From the NCBI GenBank assembly GCA_016223005.1, contig JACRPW010000040.1, forward strand, positions 1 through 62,932: a stretch of DNA of 62,932 nt, written 5' to 3'. Below are positions 51,022-60,451 of the stretch, one piece after another. A program made the position numbers and the translations under genes. Numbering within the stretch: position 1 is the stretch's first letter; the number at the start of each line of letters is the position of its first letter. The notes below the pieces were generated by a model that worked only from the letters and a program-made list of their open reading frames with translations, was not told the DNA's origin and made no database searches. This DNA is from Deltaproteobacteria bacterium. GTDB taxonomy: Bacteria; Desulfobacterota; GWC2-55-46; UBA9637; GWC2-42-11.

Positions 51022-53748
51022 TCATTTCCCGCAGCACTTCTTATATTTTTTCCCGCTCCCGCATGGGCATGGGTCATTTCTGCCGACCCTTGGGACAACA
51101 TGAACTGGTTTTGGTTTTTCATCCCTGACCCCTGACCGCAAACGATTATCAATCGTTTGCCTCTTGACCCCTGTTTCCATTTCACCTCTGCCAAGAACAA
51201 ACTGCTGTCTTCTCCTTGTCTCTAAACCTGCAACCTGTTCCTCGCTTGCAATCTGAACCTTAAAGAGCCTTTCAGTAATCTCTGCCTTCATCCTGTAAAT
51301 CATGTCAGCAAAAAGGTCAAAGCCTTCTTTTTTGTATTCATTCAGTGGGTTCTTTTGTGCATATCCACGAAGCCCTATGCCTTCCTTAAGATGGTCCATT
51401 CCAAGGAGGTGGTCTTTCCATAGTGTATCAATAGTCTGAAGCATCACAACCTTTTCAAGATGAGAGAAGATTTCATCTCCTACAGCATCCGCCTTTTCTT
51501 TGTAGGATTTTTTTGCATTAATTGCAATTACATCAGCAAGTGCCTCTATTGTAGGAACCTCATCAATATTTAATTTCATGTGCATTGCAAACTGCTTTAA
51601 TACCGCATCCTTTACTGCCTTTATATCCCATTCTTCAGGATGTGTCTTTTCATCTATATAGGTAAAGACAATATCGTCTGCAAGTTCATCAGTAAATTCC
51701 GTAACCAGTTCCCGCAAACCCTCTTGTTTAAGTATCTGCCTCCTGTAATTGTAAACAACAGTCCTCTGCTGGTTCATTACATCATCATATTCAAGAAGGT
51801 GTTTTCTTATATCAAAGTTATGCGCCTCAACCTTTTTCTGCGCATTTTCTATTGCCTTTGAAACAAGGCGGTGTTCAATCGGCACACCCTCTTCCATACC
51901 CAGTTTGTCCATTATGGATGAAATCCTCTCGGAACCGAATATCCTTAACAGGTCATCTTCCAGCGACATATAAAACCTTGACGAACCAGGGTCGCCCTGC
52001 CTTCCTGAACGTCCTCTTAACTGGTTGTCAATCCTTCTGGACTCATGCCTCTCTGTGCCTATGATATGCAGACCTCCAAGTTCAATGACCTTTTTCTTTT
52101 CTTTTTCACAAGTCTCTTTTGCTGATTCATATGCTGCCTTATATTCAGGTGTTGTGTCATCCTTGCCTGCCTTGCTATCAGCCATAAATCCGGGGTTGCC
52201 GCCCAAGATAATATCAGTGCCTCTGCCTGCCATATTAGTTGAGATGGTTATTGCCCCAAGCCTGCCTGCCTGCGCAATTATCTCTGCCTCTTTTTCGTGG
52301 TGTTTTGCATTCAGGACATGGTGTTTGACACCATGTTTTGAAAGAAGGGCTGAGAATTTCTCAGAGTTTTCTATTGATATTGTGCCAACAAGAACAGGTC
52401 TGCCTTCTGCATGCCATTCTTTTATCTCGTTTATAACAGCATTGAATTTTTCCTTTTTTGTCTTGTAAATAACATCAGGCTTGTCAAACCGTATCATTGG
52501 TTTATTAGGAGGCATGACCATAACCTCCAGTTTATATATTGCATGAAACTCTGCTGCCTCTGTGTCTGCTGTTCCTGTCATGCCTGCAAGTTTATTATAC
52601 ATCCTGAAATAGTTCTGGAATGTGATTGTTGCAAGGGTCTGGTTTTCATTCTCTATTTTTACATTTTCCTTTGCCTCTATTGCCTGATGAAGCCCGTCGC
52701 TCCACCTCCTGCCCGGCATGAGTCTTCCTGTAAACTCGTCAACAATTACCACCTGTCCGTCTTTTATCATGTAATCAACATCCCTTTGAAAAAGATGGTG
52801 CGCCCTAAGTCCCTGATTTACATGATGAAGGGTTTCAATATGTCTTGGGTCATAGAGGTTGTTAATGTTTAAAAGTCCCTCAACCTTTGCAACGCCGTCT
52901 TCTGCAAGCATAACCTGTTTGATTTTTTCATCTATTGTAAAATGTGTGTCCCGTTTCAGCCCCGGTATTATCCTGTTTATGGTATAGTATTTTTCTGTGG
53001 ATTCCTCAGCAGTCCCAGAAATGATAAGCGGTGTCCTTGCCTCGTCAATCAAGATTGAGTCAACCTCGTCAACTATTGCAAAATTCAAATCCCTCTGCAC
53101 ATAGTCATTTATGTCAAACTTCATATTGTCTCTTAAGTAGTCAAAACCAAATTCATTATTTGTGCCGTATGTAATGTCAGCCCTGTAAGCCTCCTGTCTT
53201 GTGCATGGTCTTAAATGATAATGTCGGGCGTCTTTACCGGGGAATGCAGGGTCATAAAGAAAGGATTCGTCATGCTGGATAACTCCGACTGATAAACCGA
53301 GATGATGATATATAGGACCCATCCACTGGGCATCCCTTTTTGCAAGGTAGTCATTGACAGTAACAAGGTGGACGCCATTGCCTGTAAGGGCATTGAGATA
53401 AATCGGAAGTGTTGCAACAAGGGTCTTGCCTTCGCCTGTCTTCATCTCAGAAATCTTTCCATTGTGCAGAACCATACCACCGAGCAGCTGGACATCAAAA
53501 TGCCTCATATTTACTTTTCTCTTTGATGTCTCCCGGACAACTGCAAAGGCTTCGGATAAGATGTCATCTAGGGTTTCACCATTTGACAGGCGGTCTTTGA
53601 ATTTTGGGGTAAACTCTGAAAGTTCAGCATCAGTGAGCCCTGCGATTTGGGGTTCAAGGGAATTTATCTTCTCAACTAAGGGCTGAAGTTTTTTGAGTTC
53701 CCTTTCGTTTTTACTGCCAAAGATTTTCTTTAATAAGAGTCCAAGCAC
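51022..53748 (-). CDS. secA: preprotein translocase ATPase SecA
   Basis: [38 protein letters not shown], and the C-terminal zinc site [14 protein letters not shown]. Confidence 0.96.
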   Translation of the reverse strand: MLGLLLKKIFGSKNERELKKLQPLVEKINSLEPQIAGLTDAELSEFTPKFKDRLSNGETLDDILSEAFAVVRETSKRKVNMRHFDVQLLGGMVLHNGKISEMKTGEGKTLVATLPIYLNALTGNGVHLVTVNDYLAKRDAQWMGPIYHHLGLSVGVIQHDESFLYDPAFPGKDARHYHLRPCTRQEAYRADITYGTNNEFGFDYLRDNMKFDINDYVQRDLNFAIVDEVDSILIDEARTPLIISGTAEESTEKYYTINRIIPGLKRDTHFTIDEKIKQVMLAEDGVAKVEGLLNINNLYDPRHIETLHHVNQGLRAHHLFQRDVDYMIKDGQVVIVDEFTGRLMPGRRWSDGLHQAIEAKENVKIENENQTLATITFQNYFRMYNKLAGMTGTADTEAAEFHAIYKLEVMVMPPNKPMIRFDKPDVIYKTKKEKFNAVINEIKEWHAEGRPVLVGTISIENSEKFSALLSKHGVKHHVLNAKHHEKEAEIIAQAGRLGAITISTNMAGRGTDIILGGNPGFMADSKAGKDDTTPEYKAAYESAKETCEKEKKKVIELGGLHIIGTERHESRRIDNQLRGRSGRQGDPGSSRFYMSLEDDLLRIFGSERISSIMDKLGMEEGVPIEHRLVSKAIENAQKKVEAHNFDIRKHLLEYDDVMNQQRTVVYNYRRQILKQEGLRELVTEFTDELADDIVFTYIDEKTHPEEWDIKAVKDAVLKQFAMHMKLNIDEVPTIEALADVIAINAKKSYKEKADAVGDEIFSHLEKVVMLQTIDTLWKDHLLGMDHLKEGIGLRGYAQKNPLNEYKKEGFDLFADMIYRMKAEITERLFKVQIASEEQVAGLETRRRQQFVLGRGEMETGVKRQTIDNRLRSGVRDEKPKPVHVVPRVGRNDPCPCGSGKKYKKCCGK

Positions 53749-53831
53749 AAAATTATCTCCTTATGGAATAAATAACAGTTGAAAGTCAGCATTTTTATAT
53801 CACACCAAAAGGCAATTATTCTACCTCAAAA

Positions 53832-53870
53832 TAAAAAACCCTATCTGATGTTTAGTCAGACAGGGTTTTT
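53832..53870. terminator. bidirectional intrinsic terminator
   Basis: ccctatctga-tgttta-g-tcagacaggg is flanked by an A-run on one side and a T-run on the other. It lies downstream of the M23 gene on the minus strand. Confidence 0.65.
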
Positions 53871-53893
53871 GAAATATTCATATTTTTAAGGCG

Positions 53894-54565
53894 CTAATCC
53901 AGTATGTATTTATGGGGATTTACAGGAACTCCGTTCTCAAGTATCTCATAATGCAGATGCGGCCCTGTAGTTTTGCCTGTGTTGCCTACTGCGGCAATCT
54001 TGTCACCCCTTTTTACCCTTTTCCCAATACCAACATATATCTCAGAGAGATGCCCGTATTTGGTAATAATGCCGTAACCGTGATTTATCACAACATTTTT
54101 ACCAAAGCCAGGGTCGTCCACCCTGTCAACCTTTAAGACAATGCCGTCACCAGGTGCAACAACAGGTGTGCCAACAGTATTGGATATATCTAATCCTTCA
54201 TGCTTATCTTTTAAGCCTGTGAATGGCGAGGTGCGGTAACCAAAGCCCGATGTAATCCAGCCCTGGACGGGCATTATACTGGGTGTGGAGGCGAGTGTAG
54301 ATGCCTGTTTTAACAGATGGGCATGCAGTTCATTGAAACTTTTTTCCTGTTTTTTAACCTCTTCACTAATGAGGCTCATATCTGCCTGCATCTGTTTTAT
54401 GAGATCGTCTTTAGCGCCCTTTGTAGATGGTAATATATCTTCATGCGACGGTCCTCCGATACCAAGATACTGTCCCTGTCCAACTGGCGGCTCAAGATTG
54501 GTAATGATACGCAATTTTCTGTCAAACTGCCTTAATTTATTTATTTGCAGTTCCAGATCTGACAT
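53894..54565 (-). CDS. M23/LytM-family peptidoglycan metalloendopeptidase (distal part; N-terminal TM part cut off by in-frame TAA)
   Basis: HEGLDI, the GNTGKTTGPHLHYEI LytM motifs, and a coiled coil. The same frame upstream (54632-54802, TTG start) encodes MKRKSFNIFIVPENPSKIKKFKIP plus a TM helix, separated only by TAA 54629-54631. Confidence 0.85.
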   Translation of the reverse strand: MSDLELQINKLRQFDRKLRIITNLEPPVGQGQYLGIGGPSHEDILPSTKGAKDDLIKQMQADMSLISEEVKKQEKSFNELHAHLLKQASTLASTPSIMPVQGWITSGFGYRTSPFTGLKDKHEGLDISNTVGTPVVAPGDGIVLKVDRVDDPGFGKNVVINHGYGIITKYGHLSEIYVGIGKRVKRGDKIAAVGNTGKTTGPHLHYEILENGVPVNPHKYILD

Positions 54566-54914
54566 CTTTGTAGAAAAGGTTTGTAATTGCAGTTTCTGCT
54601 CAATATTTTCTTTCCTGAGAACCTGATCTTAATAAGATTTCAATTTGAGCCGGGTATAGTCGTATATAAAGAAGGAAACTGTCAAAAAAAGGATGGAAAA
54701 GGCAGATAAGACAACCCTTCTGTTTAAAATAGGGATTTTAAACTTTTTAATCTTTGAAGGGTTTTCTGGAACAATAAAAATATTAAAGGATTTTCTTTTC
54801 AAAATATGAGCCCCTTATCTGATATATTCAAACTGTAAACTGTAATTGTATTATTGCCATGACGAAATAGCATGAAATTTCTACTATTGTCAAGGGTTTT
54901 TTAATATTTTTTTT

Positions 54915-55856
54915 TTAACAAATCTCCTTTATCATCCCTGCCAGCAGCGGTACCATTATTTCGTGATGGCCTGTCAAAGTATATCCCCTGCCGCCTTCTT
55001 TTGTTGGTCTTTTCACCACATTTGTTAAAGGACGATAATGCTGGATAAAGTCCATGTTGACTGTGGTAAAGTCTTTAACATTATATCCAAGGTTTCTTAC
55101 AAGTGTGAGCGCCTTTAGAAAGACCTCTGGCAGAAGAACAGCAGAGCCTATATTCAGATAAACCCCGCCCTCAAGATTTGCCACAACACCTGCAAAGAGT
55201 TTAAAGTCCCTCTGACTCCCTTCACCTGCTGCCTTTCCGTCCATCTGCGGATGGATATGGATTATATCTGTGCCGATTGCAACATGGACAGTTACAGGTA
55301 TCCCAAGCCTTGCACCTGCTGCAAGGATGCTTAAATCCTTATACGGATACTTTGAATTTTTTATGAGTTCACCGACAGATTTCCCGATTCCCCATCCCTT
55401 TTTCACACCACTTTTTATGGCACTATTCAACAACTCACCTGTCTCCTTTGACATGCCGAATTCACCACTTCCAATCTCTGCATCCACATCCTCGCTTGTC
55501 ATGCCTGCATAGGCAATCTCAAAGTCATGGACAATACATGCTCCGTTCATTGCAAGGGCATTTATAATACCCTGTTCCATTAAATCTATAATTATAGGTG
55601 ATAAACCAACCTTAATTACATGGGCGCCAATTCCTACTGCAACAACATTGTTGTTTTTATGGGATTTGACAATCGCTGATGCAATCTCTCTTAAATTTTC
55701 TGCTGCCATGATATTTGGAAGGGAGTTTAGGAAATCATTGAAGGTACTGCCTTGTAAGATGGGTTTTGCAAAATCATTGATACTAACTTTGCTTTTTCTT
55801 GTTTTTAGAGAATATGTCCTAATCCCTTTTAATGAAATAGGTTTTAATCGTTTCAA
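54915..55856 (-). CDS. deoxyhypusine-synthase-like family protein (tentative)
   Basis: The Rossmann-like segments VVAVGIGAHVIKVGLSPIIIDLMEQGIINALAMNGACIVHD and IPVTVHVAIGTDIIHIHP parallel the DHS fold layout. The call is from memory and not verified. Confidence 0.35.
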   Translation of the reverse strand: MKRLKPISLKGIRTYSLKTRKSKVSINDFAKPILQGSTFNDFLNSLPNIMAAENLREIASAIVKSHKNNNVVAVGIGAHVIKVGLSPIIIDLMEQGIINALAMNGACIVHDFEIAYAGMTSEDVDAEIGSGEFGMSKETGELLNSAIKSGVKKGWGIGKSVGELIKNSKYPYKDLSILAAGARLGIPVTVHVAIGTDIIHIHPQMDGKAAGEGSQRDFKLFAGVVANLEGGVYLNIGSAVLLPEVFLKALTLVRNLGYNVKDFTTVNMDFIQHYRPLTNVVKRPTKEGGRGYTLTGHHEIMVPLLAGMIKEIC

Positions 55857-56437
55857 TCTTTATCCACCTCGTGAAAGATAATATGGTCAACCAGTTCGCA
55901 TATAATGTGACTGACAGTTATATGAACCTCTTGTATGCGGGGGGTGCAGTCAGAATCCACATTTAAAAGTATATCCAGCATACCAGCCATCTTACCGCCG
56001 CCCTTGCCTGTAAGTCCTATGCTCTTTATATCCAAATCCCTTGCTACCTTTAATGCCTTTATTATATTTGTAGAATTACCGCTTGTTGAAATCGCAAGTA
56101 TGACATCACCCTCTTTTCCTATTGCCTTTACCTGTTTTGAGAATATTTGAGAAAAATCATAGTCATTTCCAATACTGGTAATAACTGATGTATCTGTGGT
56201 AAGGGCGATAGCGGGTAATGGCGGCCTTTCTATCATAAATCTGTTTACAAATTCACCTGCTATATGCTGCGCATCTGCAGCACTCCCACCGTTCCCGCAT
56301 ATAAGGAGTTTGCAGTGGTTTTTGAATGCCTCTGCAACGAGTCTTGCAGCATCTATAATAAGGTTAGTATTGTGCTTGAAAAATGCCTCTTTTGTTTCGA
56401 TACTTTCCCTGTAATTTCTTTTAATTATCTTTTCCAT
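55853..56437 (-). CDS. gmhA: SIS-domain D-sedoheptulose-7-phosphate isomerase
   Basis: LLICGNGGSAADAQHIAGEF, ISTSGNS, and IGLTGKGGG. Confidence 0.85.
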   Translation of the reverse strand: MEKIIKRNYRESIETKEAFFKHNTNLIIDAARLVAEAFKNHCKLLICGNGGSAADAQHIAGEFVNRFMIERPPLPAIALTTDTSVITSIGNDYDFSQIFSKQVKAIGKEGDVILAISTSGNSTNIIKALKVARDLDIKSIGLTGKGGGKMAGMLDILLNVDSDCTPRIQEVHITVSHIICELVDHIIFHEVDKD

Positions 56438-56486
56438 GCTGCATCCCTCTGTAAAAGTCGTGAATATTTATGAATGGAACATAGTC

Positions 56487-56563
56487 TGGTGCCCCCGAGA
56501 CTATTCGAACGTCCGGCCAACAGATTAGGAATCTGCTGCTCTGTCCTGCTGAGCTACGGGGGC
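56487..56563 (-). tRNA. tRNA-Arg (anticodon CCT)
   Basis: GCCCCCG/CGGGGGC acceptor, anticodon loop TTCCTAA, and CCA end. The T arm has a non-canonical closing pair (G/A) next to TTCGAAT. Confidence 0.75.
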
Positions 56564-56697
56564 ATGGATTTTGCTATTTAAAATCAATAGGTTGTATAGT
56601 TAAATTTTAAGCATATCGTGTTCTCTTTCTTCCTATGTGGGGAATATTAAACATTTACCACATCCTTGTCAAATATTTTTATTATGTAAAATTTTTC

Positions 56698-56752
56698 TTG
56701 ACAGGGAAATAAAACTAGTCTATATTTATTCCAAGATTAGAATAATCCTAAT
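56698..56752 (+). promoter_or_regulatory. sigma70-type promoter and Fur-box-like palindrome upstream of fur
   Basis: TTGACA (56698-56703), a 17-nt spacer, then TATATT (56721-56726). The imperfect palindrome ATTAGAATAATCCTAAT follows at 56736-56752. Confidence 0.5.
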
Positions 56753-56767
56753 TTAGGACGATATGCT

Positions 56768-57187
56768 ATGAAAGAGTTAATCCAGAAATACAGAGGCAAG
56801 GGTCTTAAACTTACACCTCAGAGGCTTGCCATATTAAAGTTTCTGGAAGGCAATACTAACCACCCTACTGCAGAGGATATATTCAGGCAAATTAAAAAGA
56901 CCTATCCGACCGTTTCCTTTGCAACAGTTTATAATACCCTTGAGATTTTAAAGAAAAAGGGAGAGATTCTGGAGATAACTATTGACTGGGACAGAAGGCA
57001 TTACGACCCAAATACAACTATGCACCATCACATTATCTGCGTAAAATGCAAAACAATAGGGGATGTGTTTGAAGACTATTCTGAGGCATTACTGCTTCCT
57101 AAATATATAGTTGATGAATTTAAACCAGTAGGAAACCATATAGGTTTTTACGGCGTTTGTAAAAAATGCCGGAGGAAAGGAGGATAA
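56768..57187 (+). CDS. Fur-family metalloregulator (Fur/PerR/Zur type)
   Basis: LKLTPQRLAILKFL, HHHIICVKC, and GVCKKC (structural Zn CxxC pairs). Confidence 0.88.
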   Translation: MKELIQKYRGKGLKLTPQRLAILKFLEGNTNHPTAEDIFRQIKKTYPTVSFATVYNTLEILKKKGEILEITIDWDRRHYDPNTTMHHHIICVKCKTIGDVFEDYSEALLLPKYIVDEFKPVGNHIGFYGVCKKCRRKGG

Positions 57188-57188
57188 T

Positions 57189-57527
57189 ATGGAAAGTGCA
57201 AATGTAATCCAGAAAAAGGAATTCAAGGAAGAAGGGGTGAATAAGGTAACATATATAAAGACAGACCAGATAGTGGCAGATACTTATTATTTTAAGCCTA
57301 ATCAGGTTCTTGCATATCACAGACACCCTGAAGGTGACCAGATATTCTTTGTGCATGAAGGAGAGGGCACATTCTGTCTTGATGATGGCAAAGAAGAATG
57401 TCTTGCACTTCAACCGGGTGTTATTGTTCTTGCACCCAAGGGCGTATGGCACAAGATAACTGCAAAGACTGAATTTGTTGTGTCCCAGTCAACAAGACAG
57501 CCAGCAGGGATGGAACCGAGGAAATAA
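57189..57527 (+). CDS. cupin-domain protein
   Basis: HRHPEGDQIFFVHEGEG...APKGVWHKI. Confidence 0.75.
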   Translation: MESANVIQKKEFKEEGVNKVTYIKTDQIVADTYYFKPNQVLAYHRHPEGDQIFFVHEGEGTFCLDDGKEECLALQPGVIVLAPKGVWHKITAKTEFVVSQSTRQPAGMEPRK

Positions 57528-57564
57528 ATTGACTATCTACTATTGATGAATGAAGAATTGTTTT

Positions 57565-58011
57565 TCATCTGTCTATCTTCAATAGTAAATCTTTTGTCAC
57601 CTCAACATCTTCAACTCCATAAGGGGTAATATGAAAGGTTGGCGGGTCCATCCTGTTTGCACATGCGCCAAAGAGGAAGCCTCCATCTATCAGTGCATTA
57701 AGTCTATCCTTGCTCAATCCCCGGAGCACAGGGTCAAAGGCAGCGCCCGACCTTCTAATAATTGTTATCCCTTCTACATCTTTTTTAAGAAGGTCTCCAA
57801 TATCTGTTGGCTGAAGCTCTTCAATCCTTTCAGTAGATACCTTGCCGCTGAAAAGTTCAACTTTTTCTCCGATAACCTCTATGGGTTCTAATACTGTTGC
57901 CTCTTTTTTCTCCTCTGCCATGGCATCCTTCGGCATGATTAGGATGCTGAAAAATGAAAAGAAAAGTAATGCTGCAAAAAATACTACAATTGACATTTGA
58001 ATTTTTCTCAT
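57565..58011 (-). pseudogene. TonB-dependent receptor, plug-domain-only remnant
   Basis: SD aaggagg, a signal peptide, and plug motifs (LEPIEVIGEK, DIGDLLKK..GITIIRRSG, PVLRGL). The ORF ends right after the plug and there is no beta-barrel. Confidence 0.7.
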
Positions 58012-58208
58012 CTTTCTTGACCTCCTTTTTTGATTTTTTTTATTAGCACAGGCATAAAGCCCCATATCAAGTATGGGGTGGCTGCCGCTTCCTGCTTCCT
58101 ACCTGTTATCACATCACTTCATCTCATCACCTCATCTCATCATCTCATCACCTCCTTGACTCATAAGGGTTTTTCTGATACTCTTTAAAGAAAATGGAGG
58201 ATAAAATA

Positions 58209-58406
58209 ATGCCGAGAACCATAGAAGCAATATATGAAGATGGCGTCTTTAAGCCCGTTAAAAAGGTAAAACTCTCCGAACATGAGAGGGTAGAGCTTAC
58301 TATTAAGGGGTTTAAGCATAAGAAAAAATTCTTGTGGCGTGGCGCCTTGAAGGGCAGAGAGGAAACATCCGTGGAATTACAGCATAAAGCGAAAGAAATG
58401 TGGTAA
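58209..58406 (+). CDS. vapB: VapB-type antitoxin (DUF104/AF2212-like)
   Basis: MPRTIEAIYEDGVFKPVKKVKL. GGAGG lies 8 nt upstream. It precedes a PIN gene by 6 nt. Confidence 0.75.
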   Translation: MPRTIEAIYEDGVFKPVKKVKLSEHERVELTIKGFKHKKKFLWRGALKGREETSVELQHKAKEMW

Positions 58407-58412
58407 TGCCTT

Positions 58413-58814
58413 ATGTATCTTGTAGACACCAACATATTCCTCGAAATTCTCCTTGAACAAAAGAGGACTGCAGAATGCGAATCGCTTTTTGAAAAACTGC
58501 AAGAGGGCGAATTGACTGCTTTTGTAAGTTCTTTTACCATGCACTCCATTGAGGTAATTATGGAACGGACAGGACAGAATGACCTATTGCTTGAATTTCT
58601 TGAAGATGTTGATTCGGCAAAAGGGTTAAAGAGATTAGACACATCAACCCTCGATGAATTAGAGGCTTTGCAAATCAGCAAAACATTAAATCTTGATTTT
58701 GATGATGCGATACAATATTTCATCTGTAAAAGCCATAATATGAAAATCATCAGTTTTGACCGACACTTCGACAATAAAGGTATAATGCGTATAGAACCAA
58801 AAGATATTCTTTAA
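58413..58814 (+). CDS. vapC: PIN-domain ribonuclease toxin VapC
   Basis: YLVDTNIFLE, acidic residues (E..., DDAIQY), and ISFDRHFD. Confidence 0.85.
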   Translation: MYLVDTNIFLEILLEQKRTAECESLFEKLQEGELTAFVSSFTMHSIEVIMERTGQNDLLLEFLEDVDSAKGLKRLDTSTLDELEALQISKTLNLDFDDAIQYFICKSHNMKIISFDRHFDNKGIMRIEPKDIL

Positions 58815-58869
58815 TAGTGTTTTCCCCCAGACTCCGCTGTTTGTTCTGCCTCATTTTAAAAATAAAAAA

Positions 58870-58944
58870 GCCGATAGAAAATAGAAACAGGTCTTTAGAC
58901 CTGTTGAATTAACCGACCTAAAGGTCGGTTTCTACATCTATCGG
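58870..58944. repeat. two-hairpin palindromic element
   Basis: Outer stem gccgatag/ctatcggc encloses acaggtc-ttta-gacctgt and aaccgacc-taaa-ggtcggtt. The architecture matches 31779-31830. Confidence 0.7.
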
Positions 58945-58997
58945 CTCGCTGGCTGGCTTTTCGGCTCGCTGGCTGGCTTTTCGGCTCGCTGGCTGGC
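58941..58997. repeat. 20-nt tandem repeat, about 2.85 copies
   Basis: cggctcgctggctggctttt x2, plus cggctcgctggctggct. Confidence 0.9.
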
Positions 58998-59000
58998 TGA

Positions 59001-59159
59001 TTAGTCTGTGTTCTTATTCAATATGAGTTTGTCGTTCTTTGTAAGGAGCAATATATACCTCTTTTCTTTGTAAATAATATTAAGCGGAAGGTTATTTTTA
59101 TCAACGGCAATCTCTTTTTTAGAAATATCAATCTCTGCTTTTATTTTAGATATATTCAT
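59001..59159 (-). CDS. hypothetical 52-aa protein, translationally coupled to tonB
   Basis: The ATG lies 1 nt after the tonB TGA (ggagTGAtATG). It encodes MNISKIKAEIDISKKEIAVDKNN... and is below the ORF-track size cutoff. Confidence 0.3.
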   Translation of the reverse strand: MNISKIKAEIDISKKEIAVDKNNLPLNIIYKEKRYILLLTKNDKLILNKNTD

Positions 59160-59160
59160 A

Positions 59161-59439
59161 TCACTCCAACTTAAAACTTATATCTATCTCCATTGCCATC
59201 TCTTTACCCTTTAATTCATCAGGTCTCGGATTGAACGGGGCTGCCTTTGCTATTGCCTCGCATGCTGACTTGTTCAAGACATCGCAGTGGCACGGTCGGA
59301 TAACATTTACATCCTTCACGCTGCCGTCAGGCTGAATGGTAAATTTGACGCCGACAACCCCTTCAAAACTCCTCTGCCTTGCCCATCTTGGATAGAACTT
59401 TGCCCTTTCAATTTTTGTCCTGACCATAGTTTTGAACAA
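59161..59439 (-). CDS. tonB: TonB C-terminal domain fragment
   Basis: YPRWARQRSFEGVVGVKFTIQPDGSV..V.VIR is a TonB_C signature. The frame is readable upstream of the annotated Met (ASASKTAEEGGSKYGVEGGTGKTTGDELKL). Confidence 0.8.
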   Translation of the reverse strand: MFKTMVRTKIERAKFYPRWARQRSFEGVVGVKFTIQPDGSVKDVNVIRPCHCDVLNKSACEAIAKAAPFNPRPDELKGKEMAMEIDISFKLE

Positions 59440-59477
59440 CTTTAGTTCATCCCCTGTGGTTTTTCCTGTGCCTCCTT

Positions 59478-60002
59478 CTACTCCGTATTTTGAACCACCT
59501 TCTTCTGCTGTTTTTGATGCAGATGCATAGTCGGTGCAGGTATAGGTTGTGAAAAAGATACTGGTGGAGGAGGTAATGGCGGTGGAAGAGGTGTTTCCAC
59601 CTTTGGCTCTTCCTTTTTTTTAAGTGGCATCGGAGGCTGCTCAACCTTTGCCTCTTGCGCCTTAACCTCTTCTTTTTTTTCAATAGGAACAATTTCCTTT
59701 TTTACTTCTTCAACTTTTTCTTCGCTCTTTTTTTCTGGCAGCGGTTTGGGCTCTTCCTTTTTCTCAACAATAGGTTCTGGCAGCGCCTCTCTTTCTTCAG
59801 ACAGAAGTTTGGGGTTCTCTTTTTTTTCAACAATAGGCTCTGCAACAGCCTCTTTTTCTTCAGGTATCTTTATAACCTCTATAGGTGTTATATCTATTAA
59901 AGTCTCTTTTACATTTGGTGGATATGCCGCAATGGAAAACAGCATCACGCTGTGAAACATAATGGATATGATAAACTGTATTTTTAGGTTATGAGGTTTC
60001 AT
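59478..60002 (-). CDS. tonB: TonB N-terminal fragment (TM anchor + Pro/Glu/Lys-rich spacer)
   Basis: TM helix IISIMFHSVMLFSIAAY, repeated EPIVEKKE(N/E)PK units, and PLPPPLPPPP. It ends out of frame relative to the C-domain. Confidence 0.8.
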   Translation of the reverse strand: MKPHNLKIQFIISIMFHSVMLFSIAAYPPNVKETLIDITPIEVIKIPEEKEAVAEPIVEKKENPKLLSEEREALPEPIVEKKEEPKPLPEKKSEEKVEEVKKEIVPIEKKEEVKAQEAKVEQPPMPLKKKEEPKVETPLPPPLPPPPVSFSQPIPAPTMHLHQKQQKKVVQNTE

Positions 60003-60033
60003 ATTCTATATTCTTACGGAACACAAACACGGT

Positions 60034-60450
60034 TCACGGTCTTTTTTTCTCTTTTGTCGCTATCGCAAGTTTTGTTACGCCAGAAAGTTTTATTTCATCC
60101 ATTACCTCCACAACCCTGCCGTGCATGACTTCTTCATCAGCATTGATAATCACAAGCGTTTCAGGGTCTTTTGAAGCCTCTGCAACAAGCGTACCGCGCA
60201 GTTCCGGGATATTCACCTCTTTTTTATTGAGATATACCTTGCCATCTTTTGCTATGGTTACATTTACATTTTCTTGAATGTCTTTCTTGACAGCAGAAGC
60301 CTTCGGCAGATTCACAGGGAGACCTCTCATAACACTCATTGAGAGCGTTGCTATCATAAAAAAGACCAGAAGGAAAAACATGGTGTCTATCATCGGGATG
60401 ATTTCTATGCGAGCCTTTTTCTTTGTTTTTATAAATGACCTTACTCTCAT
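60034..60450 (-). CDS. exbD: ExbD/TolR biopolymer transport protein
   Basis: IEIIPMIDTMFFLLVFFM and a periplasmic domain. 138 aa. Confidence 0.9.
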   Translation of the reverse strand: MRVRSFIKTKKKARIEIIPMIDTMFFLLVFFMIATLSMSVMRGLPVNLPKASAVKKDIQENVNVTIAKDGKVYLNKKEVNIPELRGTLVAEASKDPETLVIINADEEVMHGRVVEVMDEIKLSGVTKLAIATKEKKRP

Positions 60451-60451
60451 A

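Noticed and set aside
59447-59900. ORFs 59447-59692 (minus) and 59655-59900 (plus) rich in K/R or F
   Set aside because: They are alternative-frame readings of the low-complexity Glu/Lys/Pro spacer of tonB.
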